The notes under the pieces were generated by a model. The model did not search any database. It saw only the letters and a list, made by a program, of their open reading frames with translations, and was not told the origin of the DNA. Both the position numbers and the translations under genes were made by a program. From an uncultured Chryseobacterium sp. (GTDB taxonomy: Bacteria > Bacteroidota > Bacteroidia > Flavobacteriales > Weeksellaceae): a stretch of 64,000 nucleotides of DNA. Below are positions 60,931-64,000 of this stretch, in pieces. Position 1 is the stretch's first letter, and every line of letters begins with the position of its first letter. The stretch covers positions 21,184 through 85,183 of the forward strand of contig CAJYLO010000017.1 in NCBI GenBank assembly GCA_913776245.1. Reading direction: 5' to 3'.

Positions 60931-62682
60931 ATGAAGTTAAAGATTTCTTTTTTTGCAGGTATTATTTCATTGTTTGCTTTTGCACAGTCGGCACCGTCTT
61001 ATTATTCGGGTGTCAATTTCAGCAAAACCGGCAACGCATTGAAAACTGAGCTTGCAACACTCATCACCACCACACACACTAAAACCATTTCTTACAGCGA
61101 ATTGCAAACGCTGATGAAAAGCAGTGATGTGGATCCTCAGAATCCGGCGAATCTGCTATTGATCTATGGATCACAAAGCTCAGGTACGCACCAGAGAAGC
61201 AGGCCTATTGGAGGATCTTGGAACAGGGAACACGTCTACGCCAAATCAAAAGGGACGCCAAACCTTGGAACTTCTGGACCGGGAGCGGACGGCCATCACC
61301 TGCGTCCTGCGGATAATACGCTGAACAGCACGAGAGGCAGCTTATTGTTTGATGACGGAACCGGAGCTACCGCTTACAAGACAAGCCGTGGCGGATGGTA
61401 TCCCGGTGAAGAGTGGAAAGGCGATGTGGCAAGAATCCTGATGTATATGTATGTAAGATATAACACCAGATGTCTGCCTCTTAATATCACTATGAATCCG
61501 TCAACTTACGCGTCAGATTTCCCGGATATTCTTCTGAAATGGAATATTGAGGATCCTGTTTCCGATTTTGAAAGACAGAGAAATAATGTGGTTGCACAGA
61601 CCCAAGGGAATAGAAACCCTTTCATTGATAATGCTTACCTGGCAACAGTGATCTGGGGTGGGCCAGCTGCGCAGAACACCTGGCCGGACACCTTCAATGG
61701 TGGTACGACTGCTGATTCTGAAGCGCCAACTGTTCCAACCAACCTTACTGTGACGGGTATTACCTCTTCTTCAGTTTCATTATCGTGGACAGCTTCTACG
61801 GATAACGTAGGGGTTAGCGGTTATGATGTTTATGTTGATAATGTATTTAAGACTTCAGTTTCTTCAACATCTGCAACAGTTACAGGACTGGCATCTTCCA
61901 CAACCTATGTTTTCTATGTTGTAGCGAGAGATGCAGCTGGTAACAAATCCAATAACAGTGATACTGTAGAAGCTAAAACGCCTGGCCCGGGTAATCCTGG
62001 TGAGCCGGAAACTACCTGTGGAACAGAAGATTTTGAAACCATACCGGCTACCAATTCTTCCTATCTGGAGAGACAGTGGGTAAATAAAGGTATTACCTGG
62101 ACCGCAACCAATGCCAGAACAGATAAACAAATCCATATTGATGGCGATAATAACAGAGCAATTTGTTTAAGAAAAGGTGTGCTTACATCTTCAACGATTT
62201 CCGGCGGTATCGGGTCATTAACCGTAAAAACTTACTTACCGTTCAGCGATTCGGAAGGAAGTTATACCCTGAAAATTAATGGCGTGGTAAAAGGTCAGAT
62301 TCCTTATTCTAAAACGGCTAAAACCTATACAATCAATGATATCAATGTAGATGGTAATGTGATTATTGAGTTGGTGGATACTGTTACAAGTAACCGTGTT
62401 TCTTTTGACAATCTGTCCTGGACATGTTATTCAAAAATGGCAGTGAATGATCCCGCTTCAAAAAATCAGAAACTGACAGTTTATCCGAATCCTGTTAAAA
62501 ATGGTGAGTTATACATCAACGGTATCGGAAAAAATGAAACCGTACAGATTTATAATGCAAACGGCCAATTGGTACAAGTAATAAGTGCCAATAACAATGA
62601 GAAGATTAGCCTCAGAAAGCTTTCTAAAGGTATTTATTTCGTAAAGACCAAAGCAGGAAGCAGCAAGATTATAGTAGACTAA
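60931..62682 (+). CDS. Endonuclease I family extracellular nuclease with Fn3 and T9SS domains
   Basis: WNREHV, DGHHLRP, KGDVARILMY, RNPFID; Fn3 (WTASTDNVGV, ARDAAGN); CTD VYPNP...GIYFVK. Confidence 0.9.
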   Translation: MKLKISFFAGIISLFAFAQSAPSYYSGVNFSKTGNALKTELATLITTTHTKTISYSELQTLMKSSDVDPQNPANLLLIYGSQSSGTHQRSRPIGGSWNREHVYAKSKGTPNLGTSGPGADGHHLRPADNTLNSTRGSLLFDDGTGATAYKTSRGGWYPGEEWKGDVARILMYMYVRYNTRCLPLNITMNPSTYASDFPDILLKWNIEDPVSDFERQRNNVVAQTQGNRNPFIDNAYLATVIWGGPAAQNTWPDTFNGGTTADSEAPTVPTNLTVTGITSSSVSLSWTASTDNVGVSGYDVYVDNVFKTSVSSTSATVTGLASSTTYVFYVVARDAAGNKSNNSDTVEAKTPGPGNPGEPETTCGTEDFETIPATNSSYLERQWVNKGITWTATNARTDKQIHIDGDNNRAICLRKGVLTSSTISGGIGSLTVKTYLPFSDSEGSYTLKINGVVKGQIPYSKTAKTYTINDINVDGNVIIELVDTVTSNRVSFDNLSWTCYSKMAVNDPASKNQKLTVYPNPVKNGELYINGIGKNETVQIYNANGQLVQVISANNNEKISLRKLSKGIYFVKTKAGSSKIIVD

Positions 62683-62703
62683 TCGTATTAGTTACAAAAT
62701 GAT

Positions 62704-62736
62704 AAAAGGTCGGAAGAATGCTTCCGGCCTTTTTTT
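62704..62736 (+). terminator. Intrinsic terminator
   Basis: AAAAGGTCGGAAG/CTTCCGGCCTTTT plus T-tract. Confidence 0.85.
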
Positions 62737-62817
62737 ATTTGAATTCACAAATGAAAAGCGCTGGGAAACTGCCAAATATCATTGGATGTGATTTTTTAAA
62801 GCCATACATTTGTTTAG

Positions 62818-63180
62818 TTGAAAGCTTTATTTTCCATATTTATTGTACTGACCATTACGCTTCGCCCGGCGATGCCTATGGTGGATTATGTGCTCAATTA
62901 TAATTATATCCGTAAGAATATCTGTGAGAACAAAGCTAAGCCGGAATTAAATTGCAACGGGAAATGTTACTTGGCAAAAGAAATTTCCGGATCTTCTCAA
63001 AATTCTGAAAAACAGAATGTTCTGAAATTACCTTTCATACCCGATGTTTTTACGGCCGCTGATATTTTAGATTTGCCTGTACACGATTTTATTGCAGAAT
63101 GTGATAATCTTAATACTTTTCGTCCTTCATTTTATAAGTTTTCATCAGTTTCACGGGTTTTTCGGCCTCCATTGATTTAA
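62818..63180 (+). CDS. Cys-rich small exported protein with C-terminal RPP motif
   Basis: Hydrophobic N-terminus, CENK..CNGKCYL cluster, ends VFRPPLI; TACATTTG box at 62805-62812. Confidence 0.75.
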   Translation: MKALFSIFIVLTITLRPAMPMVDYVLNYNYIRKNICENKAKPELNCNGKCYLAKEISGSSQNSEKQNVLKLPFIPDVFTAADILDLPVHDFIAECDNLNTFRPSFYKFSSVSRVFRPPLI

Positions 63181-63247
63181 TTATTCTGAAGCAACATTCA
63201 ACTTCTGAAACAAAGGTTTCGGAGATTAATCTTAAATCAAAATCAAA

Positions 63248-63523
63248 ATGAAATTATATATTGTAATGATATTGCTTGCGGTATCCGCAGTATCTTGTGC
63301 GCAGGAAACACCGAAAGTGAAACATGTTTCAAAAATGAAACCCAGAGCCGACATGAAAGGTGTGAAAGTAGTGAATGCGGATGATCCTGTCTGCCACATG
63401 AAAACGGCCGAATTCCTGAAAGATACTGCTGTTTATAAAACAAAGATCTACGGTTTCTGCAGTGACCACTGTAAGTCAGAATTTAAGAAGAGTCCAGCAA
63501 AATATGCCAGAAATGAAAAATAA
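63248..63523 (+). CDS. YHS/TRASH domain lipoprotein
   Basis: Lipobox AVSC; DPVCHM...YGFCSDHCKSEF..P.KY. Confidence 0.88.
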   Translation: MKLYIVMILLAVSAVSCAQETPKVKHVSKMKPRADMKGVKVVNADDPVCHMKTAEFLKDTAVYKTKIYGFCSDHCKSEFKKSPAKYARNEK

Positions 63524-64000
63524 AAAACAATCATTCAGTAAAAGCAAGCTTCTCTTGCCTATCATAGTGGTTGCGGTATTATTTTTGGTGATAGGAATCG
63601 GGACCAGCTATTTCCGGAAAAGTCTTTATACGGTGATGAAAGTGCCGGATTTTGAACTTACGGATCAGAACGGTCATAAAATCTCCAATAAAGATATGCT
63701 GGGAAAGGTTTATCTGGTTGAATTTTTTTATAGCAGATGTCCTACGATTTGTCCGGTGATGAATTCTAATATGAAATACATTATGGAACAGATCGGCAAT
63801 CCTGACTTCGGGATTGTATCCATCAGTATAGATCCGACTAATGACACACCACAGGTGTTGAAAAATCATGCAAGAATGATAGGTGCAACATCTCCGGACT
63901 GGCATTTCGTAACGGGAGACCGTGATTATATCGGTAACCTGGCGGATCAGTTTGATATTTATGTCGGCGATAAAGAAGATGAGAGCGAGAGCCTTAACCA
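63504..64000 (+). CDS. SCO1/SenC family copper chaperone (3' truncated by window)
   Basis: Manual translation: TM anchor, FELTDQNG, EFFYSRCPTICP (CxxxC), SISIDP..DTP, WHFVTG. Confidence 0.9.
   Translation, partial: MPEMKNKKQSFSKSKLLLPIIVVAVLFLVIGIGTSYFRKSLYTVMKVPDFELTDQNGHKISNKDMLGKVYLVEFFYSRCPTICPVMNSNMKYIMEQIGNPDFGIVSISIDPTNDTPQVLKNHARMIGATSPDWHFVTGDRDYIGNLADQFDIYVGDKEDESESLN

Noticed and set aside
1118-63905. Numerous 60-170 aa ORFs antisense to or overlapping core genes (e.g. 2673-3104, 6252-6764, 28409-28906, 33445-33876, 63579-63905)
   Set aside because: Shadow ORFs of well-supported genes, with no recognisable motifs.

Overview
AT-rich chromosomal window from a flavobacterium. The protein set and the recurring TAnnTTTG promoter boxes point to Weeksellaceae (Chryseobacterium/Epilithonimonas-like; inference). 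It is mostly core genes: sucA/sucB, dnaX, DAHP synthase-chorismate mutase, rsgA, proS, mntH, transaldolase, gyrA, pnp, queG, alaS, purC/purF, ndk and rpe. These are interspersed with T9SS-secreted enzymes, outer-membrane proteins and an ECF sigma/anti-sigma-msrB-fasciclin-ferritin cluster. I found no rRNA, tRNA, CRISPR array, transposase or integrase. The most interesting signals are hidden regulatory layers. (1) An unannotated 42-aa ORF, 16 of whose residues are Phe/Tyr/Trp, lies directly upstream of the DAHP synthase-chorismate mutase gene and is a candidate three-amino-acid attenuation leader. (2) dnaX is split at an A10 run, so the long (tau) product needs a frameshift or slippage. (3) A candidate sigma54-driven ~70-nt sRNA lies between purF and ndk. 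(4) A Cys-rich ORF ending in RPP precedes a YHS/SCO operon and may be a metal-sensing arrest peptide. (5) A duplicated ECF promoter motif occurs in the sigma cluster. (6) A peptidase gene is bracketed by integron-cassette-like inverted ends beside a dif-like site. (7) A family of structured intergenic repeats is present. All family assignments come from reading motifs by eye; no database searches were run.
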